Shown piece by piece: positions 19,553 to 29,606 of a stretch of DNA of 64,000 nt; position 1 is the stretch's first letter; every line of letters begins with the position of its first letter. Source of the DNA: an uncultured virus (IMG/VR IMGVR_UViG_3300025502_001355) (Duplodnaviria > Heunggongvirae > Uroviricota > Caudoviricetes); IMG/VR virus record IMGVR_UViG_3300025502_001355. One strand, 5' to 3'. The notes under the pieces are model-generated. The model saw nothing but the letters and a program-made list of their open reading frames with translations, ran no database searches and was not told the origin of the DNA. The position numbers and the translations under genes are program-made.

Positions 19553-20292
19553 ACAAAGTTGTACTATGTACCGGTGGCTACGATCCTTTGCACAGTGGCC
19601 ACATAGCTTACTTTCGTGCCGCAAAAGAACTAGGCGACTACTTGGTAGTGGGCATAAACTCAGATGCTTGGCTTGAACGCAAAAAAGATCGTGCATTTAT
19701 GAATTGGAATGAACGTGCTACTATTGTAAAGAATTTAGAAATGGTAGACTATGTTGTTGAATTTGACGATGCAGACGGCAGTGCGAGAGATGCTATACAA
19801 ACAGTAAAACAAACTTGGGCAGGGCACGAGATTGTTGTTGCCAACGGTGGCGATCGTACAGCACAAAATGTTTTAGAAATGGATGTCGACGGTGTTACAT
19901 ACGAATGGGGTGTAGGCGGGACATACAAGATGAACAGCAGTAGTGACCTACTCACAGATTGGACAGCGTTCTGGGAAAAAACAGACAGTAGAACAGATCG
20001 CCCATGGGGACATTATGATGTGCTGTACAGTGTACCTGGAACCAAAGTAAAAACGCTTACAATAGAACCAGGACAAAGTCTAAGTCTCCAGCGTCACCGC
20101 AAGCGCACAGAGCTTTGGTTAATAGCACAAGGTCGTTGTTGTGTTGGGAATGTTGAGCTTAATACACACGATTACTATAAAATAAATCCAACAGTGTGGC
20201 ACCAATTACGCAATCCATACAACGAGCCTTGCGTACTTGTAGAAATACAGTACGGTAGCGAATGCGTAGAAGAAGATATAGATCGGCACTAA
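19549..20292 (+). CDS. Cytidylyltransferase-like domain fused to a mannose-6-phosphate isomerase-type cupin
   Basis: GGYDPLHSGH; RPWG...SLSLQRH...EIQYG...EEDI. Confidence 0.85.
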   Translation: MNKVVLCTGGYDPLHSGHIAYFRAAKELGDYLVVGINSDAWLERKKDRAFMNWNERATIVKNLEMVDYVVEFDDADGSARDAIQTVKQTWAGHEIVVANGGDRTAQNVLEMDVDGVTYEWGVGGTYKMNSSSDLLTDWTAFWEKTDSRTDRPWGHYDVLYSVPGTKVKTLTIEPGQSLSLQRHRKRTELWLIAQGRCCVGNVELNTHDYYKINPTVWHQLRNPYNEPCVLVEIQYGSECVEEDIDRH

Positions 20293-20302
20293 ATACACTA
20301 TT

Positions 20303-21649
20303 ATGCGAGCAAAAGAATTTATTATTGAAGCAAAAGGTGTGTTTGGCCGTAACCAAGGTGACCCTTTTGTACACGCAAACGGAGAAATAGCAGAGTTTGT
20401 AGACGTTGGTGCTTTTCCTGATTTACAAACACAAGGAAAACAGTACGACAGTCCTGAATCACGAGATAGTAGCATCTCTAATATTGAAAAAGAATATAAC
20501 ACAGTTATACAATGGGTTAATGCGCCTAACGCTACTAGTTTAGCATTTGCAGTTGCAAGAGTGCAAACTTCAGACGGCAAGGTTCTATTGTGGGGCAGGT
20601 ACTTTAAACAAGTATCGCCGGACATGATGGGTAAATGGAGCAACAAAGAAGTCCCTGCAGGATGGTCATTACAAACCAAAGGTGCAAAGAAAGTTGCTAG
20701 TGGATTAGATCCGCAAACACTAATAGGATCAGAACAACAGTTTAAAGGGCCAGGATCTGTAATCCAACAAGTTGCTAGATCCGGCGACGAAGTTTTAACA
20801 AATGCACTAGAGCAAACAGCACAAGGCAAACTTGCTGTATTCCCGGGAATGGTAGATCAATTAGAAACTATCAGAGACTACTTTGGTGAGATAATGGGAC
20901 CTGTTGCCATGATGGGCGGTATAGTTGGCGGCCAAGCAGATGAAGCAAAAGTTGCGTTAGCAGGCGGAACAGACTGGGCGAACATGCCTATCTTTTGGCC
21001 ACAAAGTAAAAATCATAATCTAGTAGACAGTGTATTTGTAGCGCCAGACGGTGTAGAAATTGGTGTAAGTAGCAAAGGTGGCAAAGGCGCTGCCGCAAGT
21101 GTAAAGAACTTATACGATAGTGTACAGAAAAACAAAGATAACGCAGAGCTTATGCGTACAGTAGCGTATGCTAGAAAAATAGTTACTGCTATTGCAGAAA
21201 ACACAGCAATGCAAGGACCGTTTGTATTGGGAGAAATGTTAGGTATAAGTACTCCTGCACTGCGTGACGAAGTAAACAGTTGTATAGAATCAGGTAAACG
21301 TGATTTTGACGGACTGAGTGAAGAAGCAACAAAGTTTGCAAGCACAATCAAGTCAGACCCCAGCAAGCCTGGTTTCAACACAGGATACGCTATACTAGCA
21401 GGATTAGCAAAAGCAGTTGCAGGCGTTGTCAACAGCAATCCAGAATTCACAAAAGGTGCGTTAGCACTCCTAAACACAGCCAGCATTGTTCAGCTATATA
21501 CAAAAGTCGGCAAGAAAGGCGATGATGTTGCAGTTACATCATACGAAGCAGTTTATCCGCCTAACTTTAAAGGCACTATACTATTAGACAACGGTAAAAC
21601 ATACTACGGCGGAGTTCCTAAGGGTAAGTTCGCTTTTAAATTCAATTAA
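20303..21649 (+). CDS. Late protein with capsid-targeting-like N-terminus, possible PD-(D/E)xK fold
   Basis: TAAATA at 20290; MRAKEFIIE; LVDS...EIGVSSK. Confidence 0.5.
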   Translation: MRAKEFIIEAKGVFGRNQGDPFVHANGEIAEFVDVGAFPDLQTQGKQYDSPESRDSSISNIEKEYNTVIQWVNAPNATSLAFAVARVQTSDGKVLLWGRYFKQVSPDMMGKWSNKEVPAGWSLQTKGAKKVASGLDPQTLIGSEQQFKGPGSVIQQVARSGDEVLTNALEQTAQGKLAVFPGMVDQLETIRDYFGEIMGPVAMMGGIVGGQADEAKVALAGGTDWANMPIFWPQSKNHNLVDSVFVAPDGVEIGVSSKGGKGAAASVKNLYDSVQKNKDNAELMRTVAYARKIVTAIAENTAMQGPFVLGEMLGISTPALRDEVNSCIESGKRDFDGLSEEATKFASTIKSDPSKPGFNTGYAILAGLAKAVAGVVNSNPEFTKGALALLNTASIVQLYTKVGKKGDDVAVTSYEAVYPPNFKGTILLDNGKTYYGGVPKGKFAFKFN

Positions 21650-21652
21650 TTT

Positions 21653-22534
21653 ATGAAAACAATGCCCACACTGGAAATTACAACCATGATTGGCTGTCCA
21701 CTCATGTGTAATTTTTGTCCACAAGAAAACTTACGAGACAAGTACGGTGAAGACACCAAGTACATGAGCTTGGATACATTTAAAACAGCACTTAGTAAAG
21801 TACCAAGCGACACACGTATAGACTTCAGTGGCATGGCAGAAGCCTGGGTTAACCCAGAAGCAACCAACATGTTGCGCTATGCACTAGAGTCCAATCATCG
21901 TGTTGCTATATACACAACACTGTATAACTGGACAACAGACACTGCTAACGAAGTATTAGAATTGTTGACATCACACAAACCGTTAGTAGACACGTTTAGT
22001 ATACACTTTCCAGATGAGTACGGTAACATGAAAGGCTGGAAGTATACCAAAGAGTGGGAAGATGTTTACAACATCATGACCGGTGGTGTCCAGAGTGCAG
22101 GCATTAAACTAGAAGCAATGACCATGAGCGATCATGGCAAGATACACGAAGATCTACAACACCTGGGTGTGCAGTTGTACAACTGGTTTGGACACGATCG
22201 TGCAGGTAGTTTAAACAAACAACAAGTAGAAACAGATCAAGAAATCAAGTTTGTTGAACGACACGAAACACCAATACGCTGTAGCAAGACGGTAAACTAC
22301 GATCAACATGTGCTTATGCCCAATGGCGATGTTGCAATATGTTGTATGGATTACGATCTAAAACATGTGATCGGCAACCTAAACAAGGACAGTTATTGGG
22401 ACTTGTTTACCGGGCCGGGCATGACCAATCTAATAAGAGAAAATACCAAAACTTGTTTCTCAGACAAGAGCTTGTGCAAAAGTTGCACAGACGCATTACC
22501 GGACAAACTTACCTATCTAGTTGACATAGTATAA
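21653..22534 (+). CDS. Radical SAM protein with C-terminal SPASM/twitch domain
   Basis: CPLMCNFC; PNGDVAICCMD...IGNL...CKSC. Confidence 0.85.
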   Translation: MKTMPTLEITTMIGCPLMCNFCPQENLRDKYGEDTKYMSLDTFKTALSKVPSDTRIDFSGMAEAWVNPEATNMLRYALESNHRVAIYTTLYNWTTDTANEVLELLTSHKPLVDTFSIHFPDEYGNMKGWKYTKEWEDVYNIMTGGVQSAGIKLEAMTMSDHGKIHEDLQHLGVQLYNWFGHDRAGSLNKQQVETDQEIKFVERHETPIRCSKTVNYDQHVLMPNGDVAICCMDYDLKHVIGNLNKDSYWDLFTGPGMTNLIRENTKTCFSDKSLCKSCTDALPDKLTYLVDIV

Positions 22535-22549
22535 GCAATCGCTTATAAT
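22521..22549 (+). promoter_or_regulatory. Sigma70 promoter, likely leaderless transcript
   Basis: TTGACA-17-TATAAT; ATG 6 nt downstream. Confidence 0.75.
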
Positions 22550-22555
22550 AGTGCT

Positions 22556-22825
22556 ATGACTGAAAAAGAACGAGAGATATTGGGTATCACCCAAGAAGAG
22601 TGTGCTGAGGTTATACAAGCAATCAGCAAGTGTGTGCGTTTCGGAATAGACAATAGTCATAAGTCTGGTGCCACACAACGTGAAAATTTAAGCATGGAAG
22701 TCGGCGACTTAGTTTGCATGATTGGCCTAATGGTAGAGTCTGGGTTGGTTAAAGAAGAAGATATTAACCGTGCCCATGGTGAAAAGATTGAAAAATTAAA
22801 AGTTTACAGCAATATTTTTAAATGA
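22556..22825 (+). CDS. MazG-like NTP pyrophosphohydrolase
   Basis: EECAEVIQAISK...EVGDL. Confidence 0.75.
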   Translation: MTEKEREILGITQEECAEVIQAISKCVRFGIDNSHKSGATQRENLSMEVGDLVCMIGLMVESGLVKEEDINRAHGEKIEKLKVYSNIFK

Positions 22826-23601
22826 TCACACGTATAATGATGATTGGTCCCGGGCGTTTAAATGATGCCTGTTGTGCGCTTAGTTTTGATGAGTTCTTAT
22901 CCCCTGGTATAGATCAAACTGTAATAGTCAGTCCGATAAGCAGTACTAATATTATAGACAAATTTGCACAGTTTCCTCACATTGATCAGACCAAACTGAT
23001 TTTCAAAAAAGACAGTGAATTTAATTTGCCTGGATGGGATGACCACTGGTACAAACAGCAAGGTCTAAAATTCAGTCTATTGGATAGCTTAGACTCGGAC
23101 ATTGTGATACAGGATTGCGATGTGTTCTATATCAAACCGTGGCAGTACATACAGAATGGACATCCTGTATTTAGAACAGAAGATGTGTGGAACGACCATC
23201 ACGCTGTGTACGAACAAGCAGTAATAAAACTAATCGGAGCAGGACGAACAAGCAACGAAAGTTATGTAACAGAATTTATGCCTTATCTTAAACAAGACTG
23301 GGTTGCACTTAAACAGAAACTAGGTGGTGATTGGAAAACAGCAATCGAAAGTGTTGGGCCGTTTGATGACACCAAATGGTTAAGCGAGTATGAGTTACTG
23401 GGAATTTACAAGAGTGTGTTTGATCCAGATAACTATCATTATATAAAAGATAAAATGCCTATAATACATCATATCAACGAGCTAGAAGGGTTGGATTGGG
23501 CAGAAGCAAATGTAGTAAAGTTTAAAGCAAGACCCCTTAAAGGGATGAACGAGGAAGATGCACACAGAATAGTAGATTATTTTAAGAGGATAACAGCATG
23601 A
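22822..23601 (+). CDS. Hypothetical protein, glycosyltransferase-like
   Basis: WYKQQ.LK, QDCD (DxD), LSEYELLG. Confidence 0.5.
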   Translation: MITRIMMIGPGRLNDACCALSFDEFLSPGIDQTVIVSPISSTNIIDKFAQFPHIDQTKLIFKKDSEFNLPGWDDHWYKQQGLKFSLLDSLDSDIVIQDCDVFYIKPWQYIQNGHPVFRTEDVWNDHHAVYEQAVIKLIGAGRTSNESYVTEFMPYLKQDWVALKQKLGGDWKTAIESVGPFDDTKWLSEYELLGIYKSVFDPDNYHYIKDKMPIIHHINELEGLDWAEANVVKFKARPLKGMNEEDAHRIVDYFKRITA

Positions 23602-23924
23602 CATTTTTAGTAACAGAAGCCTGCGTAAAATGCAAATATACAGATTGTGTAAACGTCTGTCCAGTGGATTGTTTTTATGAAGGTCCAAACTTTTTAGTAA
23701 TCAATCCAGATGAGTGCATTGACTGTGCAGTGTGTGTTCCTGAGTGTCCTGTGGATGCAATTGTTGCTGATAACGAACTCGACGGTGCAGAACTTGATTA
23801 CTGGTTAAAAATAAACACAGAACTCAGTGAAAAGTGGCCTAACATTGACAAAGCAAAAGACCCACTCCCAGAAGCAGAAGAATACAAAGACATTAAGGAT
23901 AAAAGAGACCTAATAGAAAAGTAG
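23598..23924 (+). CDS. fdxA: Ferredoxin, FdxA (7Fe) type
   Basis: [18 protein letters not shown]...[13 protein letters not shown]. Confidence 0.92.
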   Translation: MTFLVTEACVKCKYTDCVNVCPVDCFYEGPNFLVINPDECIDCAVCVPECPVDAIVADNELDGAELDYWLKINTELSEKWPNIDKAKDPLPEAEEYKDIKDKRDLIEK

Positions 23925-23927
23925 TAG

Positions 23928-24461
23928 ATGACCAAAAAGAAAAACTCCAATGAGGCAAAAGGAAGGTACAGCTACGACAGTGAACTAGGTGGTAGTTTAG
24001 TTACTTTCCTGAACAAAAGCGTAACTCCTTATCCAACAGAAGCAGGCAGTCCCAAGTTTGAACTGGTTAAAGTAGAAGAACAAAAGGATTTGATGCTGAA
24101 CGTTGCTCGTATGCATGCAGAGCAGGAGTACAAACGCATTATGGATCTTGTTGCTGTACTGCAAGGACAAGCAGAAGAAATAAAGCGTAGACTATATGTT
24201 ACAGATGCAGTGCATGCCGCACACTATGAATTTCAACCATATCCTGGACAGATTTATAATTTAGTTTGGGACAACATCAAAGAACGAACTATACTAGAAA
24301 TAATGGACAAGGACCAGTGGACCAGTGGTATACCAGATAACTACGAGTATCTAGCTAGAGTTAAATGGTTAGGTGATTTTACTTGGATTGAAGTTGATGA
24401 TCAAGGTAACCTTAAAGGTTCTACCATACAAACTTCTGCTGGTAGTGACGAACAATCGTAG
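23928..24461 (+). CDS. Hypothetical protein (DUF2452-like)
   Basis: PYP...GSPKF; AHYEFQPYPGQIY.L; D.TW. Confidence 0.55.
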   Translation: MTKKKNSNEAKGRYSYDSELGGSLVTFLNKSVTPYPTEAGSPKFELVKVEEQKDLMLNVARMHAEQEYKRIMDLVAVLQGQAEEIKRRLYVTDAVHAAHYEFQPYPGQIYNLVWDNIKERTILEIMDKDQWTSGIPDNYEYLARVKWLGDFTWIEVDDQGNLKGSTIQTSAGSDEQS

Positions 24462-25374
24462 CAAGCTCAGTATTAAAATTAGCAACAGCATCCCAATTTA
24501 AATTCCTTAACTTACTATCGTCGATACTGTAGCGCACATCCTGCCCTTGTCTTGTTACTGATAAGTCAAGATGGCGGTCTGTGTCTTGTTCTTTGCCTTT
24601 AAAAAAGTCATTAATAATCTTACGTGCAACCACAATGTTTTGTTCTTCGTAGTTGCCTGCAATGTTGAAGATTTCGTTTTGCACACCACTTTCTATTAGA
24701 GTAGTTACTGCTTCAGCAGTGTCGCTAACGTGCAACCATGTGCGTGTTGGTGTACCAGCATCGTGCAGTGGAATAGTCCTGCCTAGTTGTAGGCTCTTGA
24801 TGCTTTTGGGTATAAATTTTTCTGTGTATTGTCCTACGCCGTAGTTGTTTGTAGGGCGTACAATAATGTAAGGCACGTTAAATGTTCTAGCCCATGCTAG
24901 TATTAACTGATCAGCGGCAGCTTTTGTGGCACTGTAAGGATTGCTGGGTTTCAGCAAATCTGTTTCCACATGACTACCTTCTACGATATCACCGTAAACC
25001 TCGTCAGTACTAAAGTGTAGCAGTGTAGGCATCTTAAACCGGTGTTTTTCTTTAATTAGGTTCAATAAATGATGCACTCCGTTAACATTACTGCGCAAAA
25101 ATACATCACTGCTTACTATGCTATTATCTACATGTGTTTCCGCGGCAGTATTAATAATATAGTCACAATCGTATAAAAAGTCTATATCGTTTATGTCTTT
25201 GCGTTCAAACACAAAGCGAGTATTTGTCTCGAGCTCTGCAAGTAAGTCTTCATTTGCGGCATACGTACCTTTGTCAATGCCACGCACATACCAACCTTTG
25301 CTTAGGCAGTGCTGTGCAACATGATATCCAATAAAGCCTAAACAGCCTGTAACATAAACAACTTTTGTACTCAT
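24421..25374 (-). CDS. rmlB: dTDP-glucose 4,6-dehydratase-like
   Basis: TGCLGFIG, AAETHVD, STDEVYG, PYSATK, NNYG. Confidence 0.85.
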   Translation of the reverse strand: MSTKVVYVTGCLGFIGYHVAQHCLSKGWYVRGIDKGTYAANEDLLAELETNTRFVFERKDINDIDFLYDCDYIINTAAETHVDNSIVSSDVFLRSNVNGVHHLLNLIKEKHRFKMPTLLHFSTDEVYGDIVEGSHVETDLLKPSNPYSATKAAADQLILAWARTFNVPYIIVRPTNNYGVGQYTEKFIPKSIKSLQLGRTIPLHDAGTPTRTWLHVSDTAEAVTTLIESGVQNEIFNIAGNYEEQNIVVARKIINDFFKGKEQDTDRHLDLSVTRQGQDVRYSIDDSKLRNLNWDAVANFNTELATIVRHYQQKFVW

Positions 25375-25853
25375 ATTTTTCTTCTTAAATTCAAGTATGC
25401 AGGTTCTGTACTAAACAAGAACTCCTGCCATATGTTTTCTAAATCTTCTACTGTGTTTGGTTTGTACAGTTTGATATTAGGCAATGCTGCCAACACCTGT
25501 TCGTCGTCGTGTGCCCAATGACTTATGCCATCGTGATTGTAATCGTAGTCACGTCCGCTACCAATTAACTTAACAGGGATACGTTCGTGATTAACATAGT
25601 TGCGCAACAACTCAAATGGTCTGTACAACAAGAAACTGCTCATGCTGTAGCACACAGGTATTACACCTTCGTTGGCCATCCCAACTGCTATACCAGCCAT
25701 GGTAAACTCTGCGGCTCCGACATTGTAAAAACGTTCTGGAAATGCCGCACGTACTTGATCCAATACACCAAATCCCAAATCAGCAGTAACAACACGCACA
25801 TGATCAGAGTCAACCATACTGCCTAACAACAAGTCTGCCGCTTCACGCCTCAT
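25371..25853 (-). CDS. Transketolase-like pyrimidine-binding subunit
   Basis: TADLG, NVGAAE, GISH, PAYL. Confidence 0.85.
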   Translation of the reverse strand: MRREAADLLLGSMVDSDHVRVVTADLGFGVLDQVRAAFPERFYNVGAAEFTMAGIAVGMANEGVIPVCYSMSSFLLYRPFELLRNYVNHERIPVKLIGSGRDYDYNHDGISHWAHDDEQVLAALPNIKLYKPNTVEDLENIWQEFLFSTEPAYLNLRRKI

Positions 25854-26463
25854 TGATCAACTCCTTGTAGTCCTGTTCTTTGAGAACGTAGTAATGTGTA
25901 AGTAAATCTTTAGCAAATGACCAATTGGGTAATTCACTTTGTCTTATTCTAATACGTGGCATAAAAGCTCTTAGTCTTTTAATCAGTGTTGCAGAGTCAA
26001 CAGGATCATATGCACCCATACCGTTTATGTTTGCATAAACTTCTATGTTGTTGACCTTGTTGTCTGTGATATAACGTAGACTTTCCCATATGCTGCCTTC
26101 GGCGGCTTCACCGTCGCTGATCATGCACCAAACACGCTTTTCAGGTGTTGCTAGTGCATGCCCAATGGCAATAGGGAGACCACTGCCGAGACTGCCTGTA
26201 CTACAGTACAAATGATTTTCAAGATCTCTACCCGGATGGATACCATGTTTATGCAACATGGCTACGGGATCAACTCCGTAGTATTTCTCGAGAACTACGT
26301 ACAGTGCAAGTCCGGCGTGGCCATTGCTCAGTATAAAAACTTCGTCGTTATTGCGATGATGATATATTTCTTCAATAATCGGCAACGCACTAAGCGTACT
26401 GCTCAGATGACTAAGTTTTTCTTGATAGGTGACGTCTAAGAGTCTACGTTCTAGTTCGTTCAT
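25843..26463 (-). CDS. Transketolase-like N-terminal TPP-binding subunit
   Basis: HLSS, LSNGH, TGSLGSG, SDGEAAEGSIWE. Confidence 0.85.
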   Translation of the reverse strand: MNELERRLLDVTYQEKLSHLSSTLSALPIIEEIYHHRNNDEVFILSNGHAGLALYVVLEKYYGVDPVAMLHKHGIHPGRDLENHLYCSTGSLGSGLPIAIGHALATPEKRVWCMISDGEAAEGSIWESLRYITDNKVNNIEVYANINGMGAYDPVDSATLIKRLRAFMPRIRIRQSELPNWSFAKDLLTHYYVLKEQDYKELINEA

Positions 26464-27170
26464 GCTTTGAATGCGTATAATTGATCATGTATAACTGGTT
26501 CCACTGTGTAGCCACAGTTTTCAAACACAGTCTTTAGTTGTTGTCTGTTCGTTTCCAGGTTACCTGGCCATTGATGACTTTCATTATTGGTCTGATGTAT
26601 TTCAATGAACCAAAAGTCAATCTTGTCTGCTACTGCTCCTACCGTTTCTTCTGTTAGTGCAATCACTTCTGATCCTTCAATGTCGCATTTAACAAAGTCA
26701 ACATGGTCAATTTCTAATGTTTCTAGCAAACCTGCAATGGTAATACCGGGTACAGTAATCTCATCCCCTTTGTGGCCTACTAAACTGTTGGTAGTTGAAT
26801 TTTCGTTAAGATAAAAACTAACATCTCCATTATAGTTATTGATTGCATATGGTCGCATTTCTATGTTGTGATGCTTTGCTGTAAGCTCTTGGGCAATCTT
26901 ATAGGTGCTAGGCACTGCTTCCACAGCAACAACACGGTCGCAACTGTCCGCGGCATATAAACTAAACAGTCCTATGTTAGCACCCAAGTCTAACACAGTC
27001 ATATCTTTTTTGTCTAGGAAAATAGGATCGTACATGCGTTCTTCGTTAATCTGTTTTAGTATGGTGTCTACATGGTTTTCTGGCTCGTCAAAATGTAATT
27101 TTGCTTCTGCAGATTCTGCAACCACGTTAATTTTGTTACCTTTGCTTGTTCTAAGTATTTTTGCTCTCAT
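26460..27170 (-). CDS. FkbM-family methyltransferase
   Basis: DLGANIG, KCDIEGSE. Confidence 0.85.
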   Translation of the reverse strand: MRAKILRTSKGNKINVVAESAEAKLHFDEPENHVDTILKQINEERMYDPIFLDKKDMTVLDLGANIGLFSLYAADSCDRVVAVEAVPSTYKIAQELTAKHHNIEMRPYAINNYNGDVSFYLNENSTTNSLVGHKGDEITVPGITIAGLLETLEIDHVDFVKCDIEGSEVIALTEETVGAVADKIDFWFIEIHQTNNESHQWPGNLETNRQQLKTVFENCGYTVEPVIHDQLYAFKA

Positions 27171-27999
27171 AATGTGCCTTGGTTAAAAAATATATTATAC
27201 CTTCTTCTAATGAATAGTTACATTCAAAACCTAACTGTTTTGATTTTGTTGTGTCGCACACCCACAGTTTACTTTCGAATGCTTTTCTAATTTCAAATAC
27301 TTCTGTTACTGGTGCTGTTTTCTTTGTTATTTTTTCGAATATTTGCAGTACTTCTTTGTTGCTTACCTGCACTCCGCTACCAAAGTTATAAATTTCACCT
27401 GGTGCAATGTTGTCCTGTGTTAGCATTTCTATACCACGACAAAAATCATGTATGTAGATAAAGTCATGATAGCCTTCGTACAGTGTCATAGGTTCATTGT
27501 ACTTGAATGCTCTCCACAAGTGTGGAAATAGTCTATGTGGTCTTTCTCCTGGACCATACACACTGTAAGGTCTTGCTATGTAAATTTTTAAATCGTGCGC
27601 CCTTGCCCAACCTTGGCACATGAGCGTAGCCGCGGCCTTTGTGCCTTGATAAAAGTCCACTGGCTTCAGCAGTGTGTCTTCTGCTGTTGCGTATTCTGTT
27701 GGGCCATATTCACTGCTACTGCCAATTTGTATCATACGACATTTAGCGTCTCTTACATATTCGAGTAACTTGTATGTGAGCAGTATGTTTGGTTCAAACA
27801 TTTTATTAGCATCGTATATCTCTGCCGCACAGTTTATTATAACATCTGGCTGGAAACTTTGCAACTGTGCTGTGAGTTGCCGATGTGCTGTGACGTCGTC
27901 AGTACGCACGTGTAGTATAACCGCATGTCCTCTTGTACGAAAGTAATCGGCTAGATTGAGTCCTACAAACCCAGTTGCGCCTGTGATGTAAACCTTCAT
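27151..27999 (-). CDS. NAD-dependent epimerase/dehydratase (NDP-sugar reductase-like)
   Basis: TGATGFVG, GSSSEYG, YQGTK, VYGPGE. Confidence 0.85.
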   Translation of the reverse strand: MKVYITGATGFVGLNLADYFRTRGHAVILHVRTDDVTAHRQLTAQLQSFQPDVIINCAAEIYDANKMFEPNILLTYKLLEYVRDAKCRMIQIGSSSEYGPTEYATAEDTLLKPVDFYQGTKAAATLMCQGWARAHDLKIYIARPYSVYGPGERPHRLFPHLWRAFKYNEPMTLYEGYHDFIYIHDFCRGIEMLTQDNIAPGEIYNFGSGVQVSNKEVLQIFEKITKKTAPVTEVFEIRKAFESKLWVCDTTKSKQLGFECNYSLEEGIIYFLTKAHYESKNT

Positions 28000-28640
28000 C
28001 TGATTATTTGTCTACCAACTCGCTCTGCTCTTTTGAGCCTAACGTTTTTGTAAGTGCCGGGCCAGTGTACTATCCAATCTCCTTGTGCCCATGCGCCTGA
28101 GTTGCCCATAATATCTTTGCTGGCATCACAGTAATCATAAATTTGTGGCTCGTAACTGTTCATGTACCTTTGCGGAACAATCTTAACAATGTCTTGGTAT
28201 TCTTCAATAGTGTCAATAACAACTTGTTGTTCAGCCCACTCTATTAATATGTAGTCTGGCTCTTTGTCTATTATCATTTGTAGCCAAGCTCTGCCTTGCT
28301 CTGTGTTGCGCACCAAGAAGTTTCCTGTGTTTATGTTTAGTCTGTCCACTGGCACTATTACATGGTAGTCGTTGTCTATCTTCTCATCGATGGGAATAGT
28401 GAGATTAGTAATCATAGCATCGCACTCTGAAAACAACAACCAATCAATATCAGGATGCAGTTTAAAAAGTTCTAGTGTATAATGTATTTTATTGAAGCCT
28501 GTGATCTTGCTGTACTTCATTTCGGTTAGTTCAAAGAACTTGTAACCGTAGCGTTCACAGTATTCTATTTTGGGTTCATTTGTTAGTTCAGCGAGGTCGC
28601 GATAGTTGTCATCATATAGCGTCGCTACGGCATGTGGCAT
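27996..28640 (-). CDS. Glycosyltransferase, GT34-like
   Basis: YCERYGY, WLLFSECDA, INTGNFLVRN, EQQ, GDWIVHWPG; SD AAGGA before MPHAV. Confidence 0.7.
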   Translation of the reverse strand: MPHAVATLYDDNYRDLAELTNEPKIEYCERYGYKFFELTEMKYSKITGFNKIHYTLELFKLHPDIDWLLFSECDAMITNLTIPIDEKIDNDYHVIVPVDRLNINTGNFLVRNTEQGRAWLQMIIDKEPDYILIEWAEQQVVIDTIEEYQDIVKIVPQRYMNSYEPQIYDYCDASKDIMGNSGAWAQGDWIVHWPGTYKNVRLKRAERVGRQIIR

Positions 28641-28692
28641 ATATTGTCCTTGAAAATCATTTGTAAGAATATTTATTATACTAAGTATTGCT

Positions 28693-29526
28693 ATGAAAAT
28701 ATACGACAGTTTCCCCTTTTTCAATGAGTTTGGGCTTCTTGAGCTCAGACTGCGTGAACTATATGATCATGTGGATTATTTTGTATTAGTAGAAGCCAAT
28801 AGAACATTCCAAGACAATCCCAAAGACCTGCTGTACTACAACAATAGAGAACGTTTTGCACAATGGGCAGATAAAATTATCTACTATCCTGTTACAGACA
28901 TGCCCAAAGACACAGATACATGGGGCAGGGAAAGACATCAGCGCAATGCTATATTAAACGGTGTGCGGGATGCAGACGACAATGATATAATCATAGTAAG
29001 CGATATAGATGAAATACCCAGAACAGAAACCATTGAGAAACTTAGAGCAAGTAGTGCAAGTATATGGCCATTCAGAATGCCCTTGTTTAACTTTAAGTTT
29101 AATTACATGCTAATTAACCAAGACAACTATGTTGTGTGGAGCAGTGCATGTAGGAAGAAACTGCTGGACAATCCAGAAGACTTTAGACGAGCAAGGCATC
29201 AACTACAAGGCTTTCCGTATAACCACAAAGATGACACTGTGGAAATGATTGAACATGCTGGGTGGCACTTTACGTATTTTGGCAACGAAGAGTTTGCTAA
29301 ACAAAAAATTGGTAGTTTTGCACACGACGAAACCAACGATCCGTGGATACTAGAACAGTTGAACGTTGAAGAAAGCATACGCAAAGGGCATGGCATAATA
29401 CAAACAGATGAACGCTACAAGTTTGCACCTGTTGCCCTAGATGATTACTTCCCAGAATCCATACGCAACAGCACCAGTGTTATCACAGGCGATTATCCTT
29501 CCGCACGTACATATCTTCCGCAGTAA
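28693..29526 (+). CDS. Glycosyltransferase, GT17-like
   Basis: YDSFPFFNE..LLELR, VSDIDEIP, AGWHFTY. Confidence 0.8.
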   Translation: MKIYDSFPFFNEFGLLELRLRELYDHVDYFVLVEANRTFQDNPKDLLYYNNRERFAQWADKIIYYPVTDMPKDTDTWGRERHQRNAILNGVRDADDNDIIIVSDIDEIPRTETIEKLRASSASIWPFRMPLFNFKFNYMLINQDNYVVWSSACRKKLLDNPEDFRRARHQLQGFPYNHKDDTVEMIEHAGWHFTYFGNEEFAKQKIGSFAHDETNDPWILEQLNVEESIRKGHGIIQTDERYKFAPVALDDYFPESIRNSTSVITGDYPSARTYLPQ

Positions 29527-29564
29527 CAAAAATTTAATATAATTGTAACGTTACTGTAACACTA
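29521..29564 (+). promoter_or_regulatory. Pho-box-like array upstream of pstS
   Basis: CAGTAAC, ATTTAAT, TTGTAAC, CTGTAAC at an exact 11-bp period (29521, 29532, 29543, 29554). Confidence 0.7.
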
Positions 29565-29606
29565 TTATGTTTAAATAATAGCGAGTAAACCAAGGAGGAT
29601 ATATCA

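Noticed and set aside
25371..26463. Transketolase as a pentose-phosphate auxiliary gene
   Set aside because: Short split subunits embedded in an NDP-sugar operon fit sugar branching better
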